Positions 16,774 through 26,500 of a stretch of DNA of 64,000 nucleotides are shown here, in pieces. Source of the DNA: a virus; the IMG/VR virus record IMGVR_UViG_3300044946_000078, positions 1 to 64,000 of that record. One strand, 5' to 3'. The translations under genes and the position numbers were made by a program. The notes beneath the pieces are model-generated. The model was not told the origin of the DNA. It did no database searches and saw only the letters and a program-made list of their open reading frames with translations. Positions within the stretch are counted from its first letter, which is position 1; each line of letters begins with the position of its first letter.

Positions 16774-16938
16774 ATGGGACTAAATACTTATGAACTTGTT
16801 GACGATTCCTACTCCTCCATACAGCATGTATTTGATACATGTGAGGCAGAATCAATTGAAAGTGCGAAAGATATTTTCCGTGAACGTGGATGGGGAATAA
16901 CCACCGAAAATGTAAGGCTTCAGCCAGATCAGGAATAA
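16774..16938 (+). CDS. hypothetical protein (54 aa)
   Basis: Manually translated MGLNTYELVDD... Confidence 0.5.
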   Translation: MGLNTYELVDDSYSSIQHVFDTCEAESIESAKDIFRERGWGITTENVRLQPDQE

Positions 16939-16956
16939 CCATTAAACTAACTACTT

Positions 16957-17244
16957 ATGGAACACGATAAAAAACTATTGGATGCCGCCGATCATTTCAT
17001 GGAAAATGATGAAACACTTGATAGATTGGACCAAGAGAATAGATCTTTCAGCGCTGGTAAATACGGTTTTATGAGTGGGGCTGAATGGCAAAAAGAACAA
17101 GATAGTGATCTTCTTAAAGCACTACAAGATTTATACGTGGTAGCTGCTCCTAAATTTACACATATTTTCGATGGTGTAAAAAGCGAACATCCAGTGCTTT
17201 TGCAAACAAGGGAATCCATTATAAAAGCAGGAGGTGCAATATGA
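16957..17244 (+). CDS. hypothetical protein
   Basis: GFMSGAEWQKEQ motif common in Bacteroidota phages. Confidence 0.65.
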   Translation: MEHDKKLLDAADHFMENDETLDRLDQENRSFSAGKYGFMSGAEWQKEQDSDLLKALQDLYVVAAPKFTHIFDGVKSEHPVLLQTRESIIKAGGAI

Positions 17245-17316
17245 TGATCTTATCCATACTCGAATTAACTGGACTAGTTGCTGCTTGTATTCATTACTTA
17301 ATTAAAAATATGAAGC

Positions 17317-18000
17317 ATGGAAAATAAACTTGAATGTAGACCTGTATTGCTTCAATCTTATGATGGAACAAAAGGATTAATCAAGGTAAAAGATGGCATA
17401 TTATCACTTGTTCCTCCATTAATGAGGTTCTATACCTCTGAACATCTATACCTTGTTAGTGATAGAGAGATAGAAGAAGGTGATTATATATATGGGTATG
17501 GGGGGATTAGTAAATTCGGGGGAATGCTTCAAATGTATGAATATCTTCATAGATATAAGAAAGTAGAAGCATCTACAGACCCTTCATTAGGTCGTCCTGG
17601 CGTCCCTAAAGAATGGATCGAAAAAGAGTATATAGCAAAGCAGGGTAAGATTGATAAGGTTTGGCTTAAAATGTCAGAATATACAACAAGGTGGGACATG
17701 GGAGAAATTGGAGTACAGGCAGAAAATACAACCGCCCAAGCTCCTTCAACTAATCAACGAGGTGAAGTAATCATCCTATCTACAGTAGAGGAGAAAAAAG
17801 ATTATCTCATGCCTGGGGACGGCGATGGATTCGGCAACTTCTTAAAAGGCAACTTAAATCTACCTGGCAAAGTTATCGTAAATAAACCACCGACAAAAAC
17901 ATACACAAGAGAAGAAGTAATGAATATTATATTGAATTGGCATGATGACCAATCGACACTTTCTATCAAAGATTGGTTCGACTCAAATTATCCACTCTAA
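17317..18000 (+). CDS. Bacteroidota-phage hypothetical protein
   Basis: HLYLVSDREIEEGDY...KKVEASTD...TYTREEV. Confidence 0.7.
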   Translation: MENKLECRPVLLQSYDGTKGLIKVKDGILSLVPPLMRFYTSEHLYLVSDREIEEGDYIYGYGGISKFGGMLQMYEYLHRYKKVEASTDPSLGRPGVPKEWIEKEYIAKQGKIDKVWLKMSEYTTRWDMGEIGVQAENTTAQAPSTNQRGEVIILSTVEEKKDYLMPGDGDGFGNFLKGNLNLPGKVIVNKPPTKTYTREEVMNIILNWHDDQSTLSIKDWFDSNYPL

Positions 18001-18012
18001 ATAACTTACTTT

Positions 18013-18270
18013 ATGCAAAAGATAACAGGTAATGAAACCGTATTGGGAATGCCATCATGGCAAGGAGAAAATCGCATATTTGAACCAGCTGAAGGAATGC
18101 CCCTACGGCTATATATAGCAACTATGATCCAATCTGGTCTTGTTTCTAACCCCACCTGCAACAAATTTGGCCCTAATTGGTATTCAGAAACGGCACTTAA
18201 ACATGTTGACGTATTAATAGACGCCTACAACAAAACACCTAATCCCAATGATGGCTCTCAAGACTATTAA
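18013..18270 (+). CDS. hypothetical phage protein
   Basis: GMPLRLYIATMIQSGLVSN motif. Confidence 0.65.
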   Translation: MQKITGNETVLGMPSWQGENRIFEPAEGMPLRLYIATMIQSGLVSNPTCNKFGPNWYSETALKHVDVLIDAYNKTPNPNDGSQDY

Positions 18271-18281
18271 ATATAAATTGT

Positions 18282-18464
18282 ATGTCATTCACAATTGTAT
18301 TAAATAATCACCTATTCTTTATCTGCGTAGCTGTACTTTGGGTAGCTGCTATAGTATGGATAGTGATTGAAATAAGGAATGCTCCGCTTGATCCTTCCGA
18401 TCTTAATGAAGAACCTAGGCGATACTACAACGAAGGTATAATGGACGAGATCCACAAAAACTAA
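18282..18464 (+). CDS. small membrane protein
   Basis: One TM segment then EIRNAP. Confidence 0.6.
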   Translation: MSFTIVLNNHLFFICVAVLWVAAIVWIVIEIRNAPLDPSDLNEEPRRYYNEGIMDEIHKN

Positions 18465-18469
18465 TTAAA

Positions 18470-18640
18470 ATGAGCAATAAAACTTTTGGTACTATTGGGA
18501 TTTGCATAATATTCATTGGGTCCGCATCGTTTTTTTTTGGTATAAATGATGTTGGAATTATGTGCGTTCCAACGGGGACTATCATGTCAGTTGGTGGTCT
18601 TATTTTACGTGAAATAGATAACTTAAAAAACAAACCATGA
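18470..18640 (+). CDS. small membrane protein (56 aa)
   Basis: Manually translated MSNKTFGTIGICIIFIG...; two hydrophobic segments; ATGA-coupled to the next gene. Confidence 0.55.
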   Translation: MSNKTFGTIGICIIFIGSASFFFGINDVGIMCVPTGTIMSVGGLILREIDNLKNKP

Positions 18641-18831
18641 ATTGCCACGAATATCAAAACCTAAACATCAAAGAGAAGCGAGAATTCATTGGCAGCTTAG
18701 TTCACGCTGCTACATGCGATTCAATTGGATTTACGGACGCAGAAAAGCTCATCGCCAAAGCTCATATAAGAGGTGTCTTTGAAGATGTAATTATTAATCC
18801 CTCGCAGGAAGAACCAGAAACCGAAAAATAG
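18637..18831 (+). CDS. hypothetical protein
   Basis: ORF in early cluster. Confidence 0.6.
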   Translation: MNCHEYQNLNIKEKREFIGSLVHAATCDSIGFTDAEKLIAKAHIRGVFEDVIINPSQEEPETEK

Positions 18832-18836
18832 ATTAT

Positions 18837-19187
18837 ATGAATATAAAATTATTTCAGTATGGATGTACGCTCGTGTTAGGACTAACATTAGGTTGGATAG
18901 CTGCTTGGAATGATAAGCCAGTTCAGGTAATTACACATACTATAATAGATTCAATTTGTTATATAGGCCCATGTCCTTCCCCGAAATTAGATTCAGGCTA
19001 TACCGCACTTTCTGTTTATAGCATAACGCTAAATCCATACTGGCATAGATATCATCAAGGGAAGTTTTTATATGTGATAAAATATAAAAACATGGGACCT
19101 GGATTTACTTATCTATCAATTAATAGCAACGAAAAATGGCAAGTTGGAGATTACATTTACGTCAGCAATAAAATTCCATTAAAATGA
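18837..19187 (+). CDS. membrane-anchored hypothetical protein
   Basis: N-terminal TM segment. Confidence 0.6.
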   Translation: MNIKLFQYGCTLVLGLTLGWIAAWNDKPVQVITHTIIDSICYIGPCPSPKLDSGYTALSVYSITLNPYWHRYHQGKFLYVIKYKNMGPGFTYLSINSNEKWQVGDYIYVSNKIPLK

Positions 19188-19474
19188 AACCACACACATT
19201 ATTTGAGATAGAAGACTTCCAAAGGGATGATCTTACTATCCAAGTCCAAATCGAAGGAAGAGGAGCTATAGACATCCCTCGCCCAGCGTACGAAAAGTTC
19301 CTTAAAGATTCGGGAAGACTTAATATCTATGACCCCGAAAATCCTATAAAATTTTGGGGACAAATGAATGCCGAACTATATTGGGATTGTAAGTCTGAAT
19401 TTTTCATTGCCAACGATTTGTATGAGTACATCATACGAAATCACGATTTAGTACATGAAATACTGATGGCATGA
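19184..19474 (+). CDS. hypothetical protein
   Basis: ATGA-coupled ORF. Confidence 0.6.
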   Translation: MKPHTLFEIEDFQRDDLTIQVQIEGRGAIDIPRPAYEKFLKDSGRLNIYDPENPIKFWGQMNAELYWDCKSEFFIANDLYEYIIRNHDLVHEILMA

Positions 19475-19625
19475 ACGACAGCCGCGATAACTCAGATTTT
19501 TCAGGATGCTTCGATTACTTAATAATCGGAATCTTAGTCCTGATTATTGTACTCGGTTGCTTTGCTCTTATTACACCTCTTTTGCCAGATCATTTTTTAA
19601 CAACTTTAATTAATAAAATCACACA

Positions 19626-19772
19626 ATGAAACGTTCAATTCTTATTTTAACTCTATTAACAGGTATTCTTGGTGGATTACTTGGAGGATGCGCAAAGTAT
19701 CCGTATGGCGTAAACTACTACCGGAACAATCCCCACTGTGGCTCTATCAATGGTCATTATCATCATCTATGA
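19626..19772 (+). CDS. small lipoprotein (48 aa)
   Basis: Manually translated MKRSILILTLLTGILGGLLGG-CAKYPYG...; lipobox-like LGGC. Confidence 0.55.
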   Translation: MKRSILILTLLTGILGGLLGGCAKYPYGVNYYRNNPHCGSINGHYHHL

Positions 19773-19851
19773 AGGCGATACCATACATAGCTACGGCGGT
19801 TCTTATTGCATTGGCTATTAGAATCATATTCATCATTTAAAATCAAAAAAT

Positions 19852-20274
19852 ATGTCTCTTTTATTTTGGAAAAGAAAAGGAACAAATAAGGTGATCCATC
19901 CTGATTGCTACCAAAAACTTCCTATTAGTAAGAAGGTTCTGTACGAACAGACAAAAAACCAACCTACTCATTACTATAGGGGTGATTCCTATGACGATGG
20001 GCTTGCTCTCATAGAAGGTGCAATCATCGGAGCCGAAGTAGCTAATTTAATGGATGACGGTAGCTCTAATTCTGGCTCATCAGATACTTCTTTTGGCGGT
20101 TTTGGTGGGGGAGATTTCGGGGGCGCAGGGGCTGGCGGAGATTGGGGCAATTCTGGATCTTCTGACCTTGGTAGTTCCTCATCCGATTCCGGATCTTCCT
20201 ATGATTCTGGCAGCAGTTCGGATAGCTCAAGCACCTATGATAGCGGATCCTTGGATTCTGGTGGAGGATGGTAA
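19852..20274 (+). CDS. protein with Gly/Ser/Asp-rich low-complexity tail
   Basis: SFGGFGGGDFGGAGAGGDW plus a Ser-rich extension. Confidence 0.7.
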   Translation: MSLLFWKRKGTNKVIHPDCYQKLPISKKVLYEQTKNQPTHYYRGDSYDDGLALIEGAIIGAEVANLMDDGSSNSGSSDTSFGGFGGGDFGGAGAGGDWGNSGSSDLGSSSSDSGSSYDSGSSSDSSSTYDSGSLDSGGGW

Positions 20275-20319
20275 TTACGCAGCAGGTATTTTTTCATATA
20301 GGATAAGGTTTGAAAAAAC

Positions 20320-20391
20320 GGGGGTTGTATTCTTACATGCCCCCTATTTTTTTATCCAAAGAAAAGGCCCGTGTGTAGATACACCGGGCCT
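20320..20391. terminator. paired terminators at the convergence of early and late transcription
   Basis: GGGGTTGTA-TTCT-TACATGCCCC with T tract (+); AGGCCCGGT-GTATCTAC-ACACGGGCC with T tract (-). Confidence 0.7.
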
Positions 20392-20418
20392 AACGATTGC
20401 TTGCCATATAAAATGTCT

Positions 20419-21072
20419 TTATGCTGGGGCTAACCAGATAACTGAATCTAGTAAGTTGTCATTTTGTGTTGTAGATGGATCATATTCGATCCCATCTAGG
20501 GTCTTTTGATCATGCTGGATTAGCTGATATCCCCTTACAGCCACAGAACCGCCGTTATAGGCTCGCCAGTAGTGCGTAAAGCTTAAATTGGCATATAGCT
20601 GCTCCGGAGATAAGCCAGTCTGAAATCCAACATATAGCCCTGGTAGATAGCCGCCCTCGGTAACGGCAGATGCCCAATTATTACAATACCCAATGATGTC
20701 TTCGGAAGTTGCCTCTTTTGACACCATTTCTAAATCGAGCCACAATACCATCCCGCTAGGCAATCCAACTGTATTTTTAGCATACGATGCCGCAAAACCA
20801 CCATATTGGCTCCCTAGTTCCGGCGTAGGTAACCAGTCGGGCAATGGAACGTGTTGTACTGCGCTAAGACACAGTCCAGATGCCAATATCAAAGTAGCTT
20901 CTTCATAAGTCAGATTCCCCGACATTAAGGCCGACGTACGTGGTAGATATCGAATGGCTCCCACAAATCCAGCCTCCTTAAACTCTTTTGCTTGTAAGGC
21001 TGTAAGAGGAGCGTTGACATCAAATACTTGAAGTCCCTGAGAGGCCTTTTGTACTGTTCCTTGTAGTGGCAT
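20419..21072 (-). CDS. endolysin, DUF1906 / Rv2525c-like (GH25-related) glycoside hydrolase
   Basis: FD.NAPLT, GAIRYL, NLTYEEA, LWLDLE and GYLPGLYVG; position in lysis cassette. Confidence 0.8.
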   Translation of the reverse strand: MPLQGTVQKASQGLQVFDVNAPLTALQAKEFKEAGFVGAIRYLPRTSALMSGNLTYEEATLILASGLCLSAVQHVPLPDWLPTPELGSQYGGFAASYAKNTVGLPSGMVLWLDLEMVSKEATSEDIIGYCNNWASAVTEGGYLPGLYVGFQTGLSPEQLYANLSFTHYWRAYNGGSVAVRGYQLIQHDQKTLDGIEYDPSTTQNDNLLDSVIWLAPA

Positions 21073-21578
21073 TATGATGCGCTTGAATTAGAAACTTTAT
21101 AAGCTACACGGGCCGTATTGGCGGTCGCTACTGTTATATTAGATCCAGCAGGAGCGAGTTTCGACATTACCAAATTACCGTAACTGTTCAGTAATACTTG
21201 CTGCTGTGCGGGACTTGCGGTAGCTACTTTTGTTAAAGCGGCTTTAGCTACGGCATCAGGATTAGCCAAGGTTTCATTTTCTGCGCCGGTAGCGGGTGCG
21301 CCAGTGGCTGTAACTAACCCATCCAAATAGGTAAGACCAGCAAGAATACCCGCCAAAATGGTATTAGCAATGGATGCTGCCGTAGTCCCGATATTATCCG
21401 GGATAAGCGATTCTATTGTAACTGCTTCAGGATTGTTTAATTCACTTTGAAGTTTTTCGATGAAGGCTTCGGCAGTAGGCACCAATTCCTGTTCTTCCTT
21501 GGAAAGAGAAGAGAAAAATGATTTTATGGCATCCCATGCGCCTACTAAAATGGATTCAATGTCTTGTAAAAGATTCAT
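21072..21578 (-). CDS. lysis-region hypothetical protein (amphipathic N-terminus, Ala-rich)
   Basis: Coupled to the endolysin gene. Confidence 0.6.
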   Translation of the reverse strand: MNLLQDIESILVGAWDAIKSFFSSLSKEEQELVPTAEAFIEKLQSELNNPEAVTIESLIPDNIGTTAASIANTILAGILAGLTYLDGLVTATGAPATGAENETLANPDAVAKAALTKVATASPAQQQVLLNSYGNLVMSKLAPAGSNITVATANTARVAYKVSNSSAS

Positions 21579-21595
21579 GATTTTATGATTTATAG

Positions 21596-21856
21596 TTAAA
21601 TTTCGATGTCGATTGAAAGCTCTCGTTTATCCAGCGCCACTTTTTTCTTAAACTCGTACTCCTCTTTTTTTAGAGCAAATTTCCTTTCCTTTCGTTTGTC
21701 ATGCCAGTTTATTAAGCGAGTTACCAAAATAGTAATTAGCGACACCAATGCTATGATCGATTTAACATCGGCTATCCCATTCTCCCATACTATGCCGCCG
21801 GTTAAAGCTATCATAATTATTTCCGCTATTACCCATTTTGATATAACTATTTCCAC
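21596..21856 (-). CDS. holin-like protein (2 TM segments, basic C-terminus)
   Basis: Likely GTG start at 21856; two TM segments then HDKRKERK. Confidence 0.55.
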   Translation of the reverse strand: MEIVISKWVIAEIIMIALTGGIVWENGIADVKSIIALVSLITILVTRLINWHDKRKERKFALKKEEYEFKKKVALDKRELSIDIEI

Positions 21857-22225
21857 TTTTTTAATTTTAGCAATTGCGGAATGGAAATCATCAACATGAT
21901 TACGATATCTATCGAAAAAAACACCAATATTATGTTGGGTTTGCTCGCTTTGACGTAATTGTTTTGTGCGGAAATCTGCCATAAAAGTAAAAAAGTTGCG
22001 AATAATGTAATAAGAAGGGCAATCCTTCTATATTCTTTATTCGTTCTAAGATACAAATATAATACCCAAAATCCTAAGCAGTCTTTTATCTTGTCCCAAA
22101 GATAGAATTTGGCATTCCATGCCGCTAAGACATTCAAATCAAATCTAGCGAACATAAAAAACCCCCATCAATCCGACAAGATAAAAGACCACTAAGAGCC
22201 TGAAGACATACTCCTTATGGAACAT
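21847..22225 (-). CDS. multi-pass membrane protein, apparently frameshifted at a G5T6 run
   Basis: 26-aa hydrophobic ORF 22225-22145 joins ORF 22155-21847 if one base of 22156-22166 is removed. Confidence 0.5.
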
Positions 22226-22388
22226 CTGGCGGAGTAGGAGGTGTGATCCCGCCAGGAGGATCTTGAGCACTTTGTTGTTCGATAGAGATGAGCGCATCTA
22301 AGTGGGCCAACTTTTGCTGTACCTTGGCATCTAAGGTAGATAAAAGATTCGATTTTTCAGTCATTAAAGACTCCAAAAATGTAGACAT
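22215..22388 (-). CDS. small coiled-coil / Pro-rich protein (57 aa)
   Basis: Manually translated MSTFLESLMTEK...QDPPGGITPPTPPDVP. Confidence 0.55.
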   Translation of the reverse strand: MSTFLESLMTEKSNLLSTLDAKVQQKLAHLDALISIEQQSAQDPPGGITPPTPPDVP

Positions 22389-22409
22389 AGTTTTACTTTT
22401 TATTGTTAG

Positions 22410-22673
22410 TCAAACGGGATCTGATTTCGGTGCTGGCTCGGGATCGGGCGTTAAAGAAATTCCGAACATTTCCCCAATCAATACAAACACAGGAGCAAAG
22501 GCGGCAGCAATGACGGCAATCTTGGCTATCATTGGCTGTGGAATACCAAGTGCAGCCAACATCCCTGTTCCAGATGCAGCAAAGAGAATATAAAATTTAG
22601 GTATCCAATGGGCAAAGGCGGGGGTTTGAGCGCCTAATATTTGTCCAAATCCAAATTTCGTCGTAGTTGCCAT
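22410..22673 (-). CDS. holin-like membrane protein
   Basis: 87 aa with two hydrophobic segments, lysis region. Confidence 0.55.
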   Translation of the reverse strand: MATTTKFGFGQILGAQTPAFAHWIPKFYILFAASGTGMLAALGIPQPMIAKIAVIAAAFAPVFVLIGEMFGISLTPDPEPAPKSDPV

Positions 22674-22676
22674 TAT

Positions 22677-23540
22677 TTAAGATTTTTGAAGATTATTTAA
22701 ATAAGCCTGGGCGCTATTAACGCCAGATTGAAATAGAGCTTCTTTTTGCGCATCCGTAATGCCAAAGTCTGTTGCACTGATTCCCAAGTCGTCTATTACA
22801 ATAGTTCTTTTCATGATTTCAGGATTGGTTATAATATATTCATCTTGTGCGGAAAGAACGCAATCCAATACAGCGGCAGTGAATTTTGGTAAATTGCCGG
22901 TTTCTATTGGATAGTCACTTTTACCGTTAACATCATAAAGAAAAAGTCCCAAGGTTTCAGATGGGTCACAAAAGTAGTCAAAAACGGTAATTGGATAATT
23001 ATACATAGTCCCTCCATCTACATCTAATGTTTGCGGTTGGTCATAGGGATAAGATACGGGTTCAAAAAAGAAAGGAATACCCATTGAACTACGAACCCCC
23101 AGCGGAACTGAAACATTCGGGAAATTACCGGCATCTAGTATCCTTGGTGCTCTTTTCCTTAAATTGGTGGAAACTACCGTAAGACCTAAAAATCCTTTAT
23201 TCTGAAGATGCCCAAATGTTATATCGCCCCCTGTTTTATCACTTACCACTTTTTGTAGCCATTCCAAAGCAAATTCACCCTTATAAAGGGAATCTTTTGT
23301 AAGTTCTCGCAAAGGATTAAAACCATCCTCGAAGCTCTTAAAATCCAATGTATTTACAATATCATATATTTCAGCAGCCGTATATTTTAAGGCAACTAAC
23401 ATAGCTACAATTGATCCGGCAGAGGTTCCAGCCGTTCTTTGGAGCCCTTTTACGATACCTGCTTCTTCCAAAACTTTCAAAGCTCCTGCGTATGCTATTC
23501 CGAGGACTCCGCCTCCTTTCATTACTAAATTCTTAATCAC
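22677..23540 (-). CDS. patatin-like phospholipase
   Basis: GGGVLG oxyanion loop, GTSAG nucleophile, DGG. Confidence 0.93.
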   Translation of the reverse strand: MIKNLVMKGGGVLGIAYAGALKVLEEAGIVKGLQRTAGTSAGSIVAMLVALKYTAAEIYDIVNTLDFKSFEDGFNPLRELTKDSLYKGEFALEWLQKVVSDKTGGDITFGHLQNKGFLGLTVVSTNLRKRAPRILDAGNFPNVSVPLGVRSSMGIPFFFEPVSYPYDQPQTLDVDGGTMYNYPITVFDYFCDPSETLGLFLYDVNGKSDYPIETGNLPKFTAAVLDCVLSAQDEYIITNPEIMKRTIVIDDLGISATDFGITDAQKEALFQSGVNSAQAYLNNLQKS

Positions 23541-23541
23541 A

Positions 23542-26500
23542 TTAATTTATTTGAGTAAATCTACAATAACTACCTGCCGAATATACCGTTGTAGTCCCGT
23601 TCCCATTTGCGGCAAATCCAACGGTGGCGCTCCCTGATCCTGTACAGGTAATAGTTCCTTGAATATTAACCATTCCTATTCCCAATAAGGCAATAAAGGA
23701 TGCGCTTGTCGGTGACCCTATAGCTGCTTGAATATTTGTGAAAGTAGAAGAAGTTGTAGTCTCTCCAAAAGCCGTCACCTGCCCCGTAGCTGATCCTGAA
23801 GCTGCTATTACATTGACCGACGCAGCTCCTAATGCAGAAGAATTCCCTACCACTAAACGACAATCTACTGCGTAAGTGTGCCCACTTACCATATTAAAGC
23901 TAAAGATAGGCGACGAAGAAGTTGTTGCATTAGTCGCATTGGATGTTAATGCCTCTAAAGTGTCCAATTGAACCAATTTTGTTTTAACAACACCGGCTTC
24001 CACAACTAGCGCGCTATCTGAAGAAGGAGTGGTGGCTGATGGAAGCCCCCACAAAGTAGCCCCTGTTCTTATTAAAGCTGATCCATTAACATCTAATGTC
24101 TTTGATGGTGAATTAGTGTTTATCCCGATGCGGCCCGTGGTGCTTTGGGTGCTATCCCCTGTTAAATCGATTCCTGTACCATACAATACATTCCCAATTG
24201 TCAATGTATTTGAGCTATTATAAGTAGGCGGTTGAATGCTGTTCCCTATGATGATGTTTCCGTTGCCTGTATTCCAGGTATATCCTGCTCGATAACCTAA
24301 AGCAATATTTGTATTGCCATACATTGAACTTCCTGATTGAGTACCGAACAGAGTTAGATTTGATCCTATCGAATTCAATCCACTTTGTTTCCCAAATTCA
24401 GCATTATTAACGCCACTTACTCCAAGTTCACCGGCCGCCTCACCAAAGTATGAATTTGAATTCCCTCCTACATTATTTAATCCAGTAGCCCACCCAAACA
24501 TACTATTAGCTGTTGCTGAATTATTGGATTGATAACCTGCATCATAACCAAACAAAAGGCTTGTAGATGAATTAGATCCTCGAATGGAAGCGGTAATAGA
24601 TCCTGTCGTATCATATACCGTGAATGCAGGTGTCCACTGATTGTAATTTGGATATGGATAAATGTTAACCATATTTGCCTGGAACTGACCATTTACATTT
24701 TCATCTCCACCATGCCTTACGCCCATAAGCGCTAATGCTCCTTCTGCCCACACACGATGCCCTTGGTCGTTAGGGTGTACATTATATGTTGACGGAGAAA
24801 ATAAATCATTTGCGGCTCCGTTCCAAAGCATATTTTGATAATTGTTGACGAATATGCAATTATTGGCTAAAGCTGTGGCTTGCAAAGCTGCGGCAAATAA
24901 GGGCTGCTCTGTTGTATTATAACTAGACGTATCAACCCAATACCCAACGGACATCAATACAATCCTATTAGTTGGCCATCCGTGCGCTATAGCGGTATCA
25001 ATTCCGGCAACAATTGCGGACTGATACTGCGCTGTGGTAATAGTCTTAGAAACAAGATCATTAGTGCCATATTCCAATATTAACCATTGGGTTGAACTTG
25101 TATGCCCTGGAATTATATAAGTTGAATTATTCAAAAGCCTATCGACTAAAGACGAATCACCGACAGACTGACGATATGCTGTTGTTCCTCCAATTCCCCT
25201 ATTGACAACTGAACAGTTTAGGGCAGCACCCAATCTATTGGCATATCTAAACCACGTTTGTGATGCCCCAGTGCCGGCTGTAATACTATTCCCAACCACA
25301 TAGATGGTATTGCTACCGGCTAATTGAGCGCTTGTGTCGCCCGATTGAATAAATGTATTACTTCTTAATGTTCCCCTTACATCAGCCTTAAATCCAGAAT
25401 CTGCCGATGCAGAAGTAAAGCCATTTCCAAAAACTTCATTTCCTGTTAAACTGAATAATTGATTATAAGGCGTAAAGGTGGTCCCAATAAAAGACCCCTC
25501 GACCAATGAATTGGCAATAGAAGAAATAGAGCCTAAAAATCCACTCCCCGTACCGCCCAAGGAAGAATTAGACGCGCTCAAAACATCGGTAGCTAAATAA
25601 TTGGCACCATTATTTGTAATGGTAATAGAAGACACATCTGTCCCGGAAACTACGATTGTTGCCTGTGCGCCTGTCCCACTTCCTCCTGTCAAAGGAACGC
25701 TTGTATATGTCCCATTTACATATCCAGATCCGGCTGCGGAAATTGCTACCTTATTTATTGATCCGTATACATTATTATAAAGCCCGCTCACTTTTATATT
25801 TCCTGTGCTAATTTGTGCAGCTCCGAAAATGGTACCATTGATAACAGCCCGTGTCGATACTGTCAAAGTATCTGAAGTTATTTGTCCTTTAACTGCCAAT
25901 GGAACAAATCCTGGCAATTTACCTATGCCAATATTGTTACTTGTCGTATCTCCATTTAAAACAACATTCCCTAATGTTAAAGATTTGGCAGAATTCGCTA
26001 GATTATGTAAATAAAGTGTATCATTATTTAAAATAAAAACGCCGCTTTCATTGGGAAAGGTATCTACCTGGGGAGCTGCTGCTGAAATAAGCGCCTTACT
26101 CAATCTAATAATTGATCCGTTGCTTCCTTTAATATTTATTCCTGAGCTATCGTACATTTCATTACCAGAAGCCGGTATTGGTGTTAAAGTAGATTGTGGC
26201 AAGAACATATACGCCCCTCTGGTAAGCACATTACCATTTACGTCTAGTATCTGCTGTGGGTTGTATGTTCCTATGCCATTATTAATTCCGGGTTGCGTTA
26301 TCAATCCAATGGCACTATCTCCTCCAAAAGATCGTAGTAATAAAGATGCATTTACCAATTTACCAGACCCAGACACCCTTGATGCACCTGCCACAAATTG
26401 GGCTTCAGTGACTATAAAATCTTGATTAGTCCCGACATTATAGGTTGCCCCACTGTCGCTGGCGTATATCCCTGCATTATTTGCATTGGTTATGTTTGCA

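Noticed and set aside
20054-20509. 151-aa alternate-frame ORF
   Set aside because: Off-frame reading of the Gly/Ser-rich gene; crosses two terminators and the endolysin end
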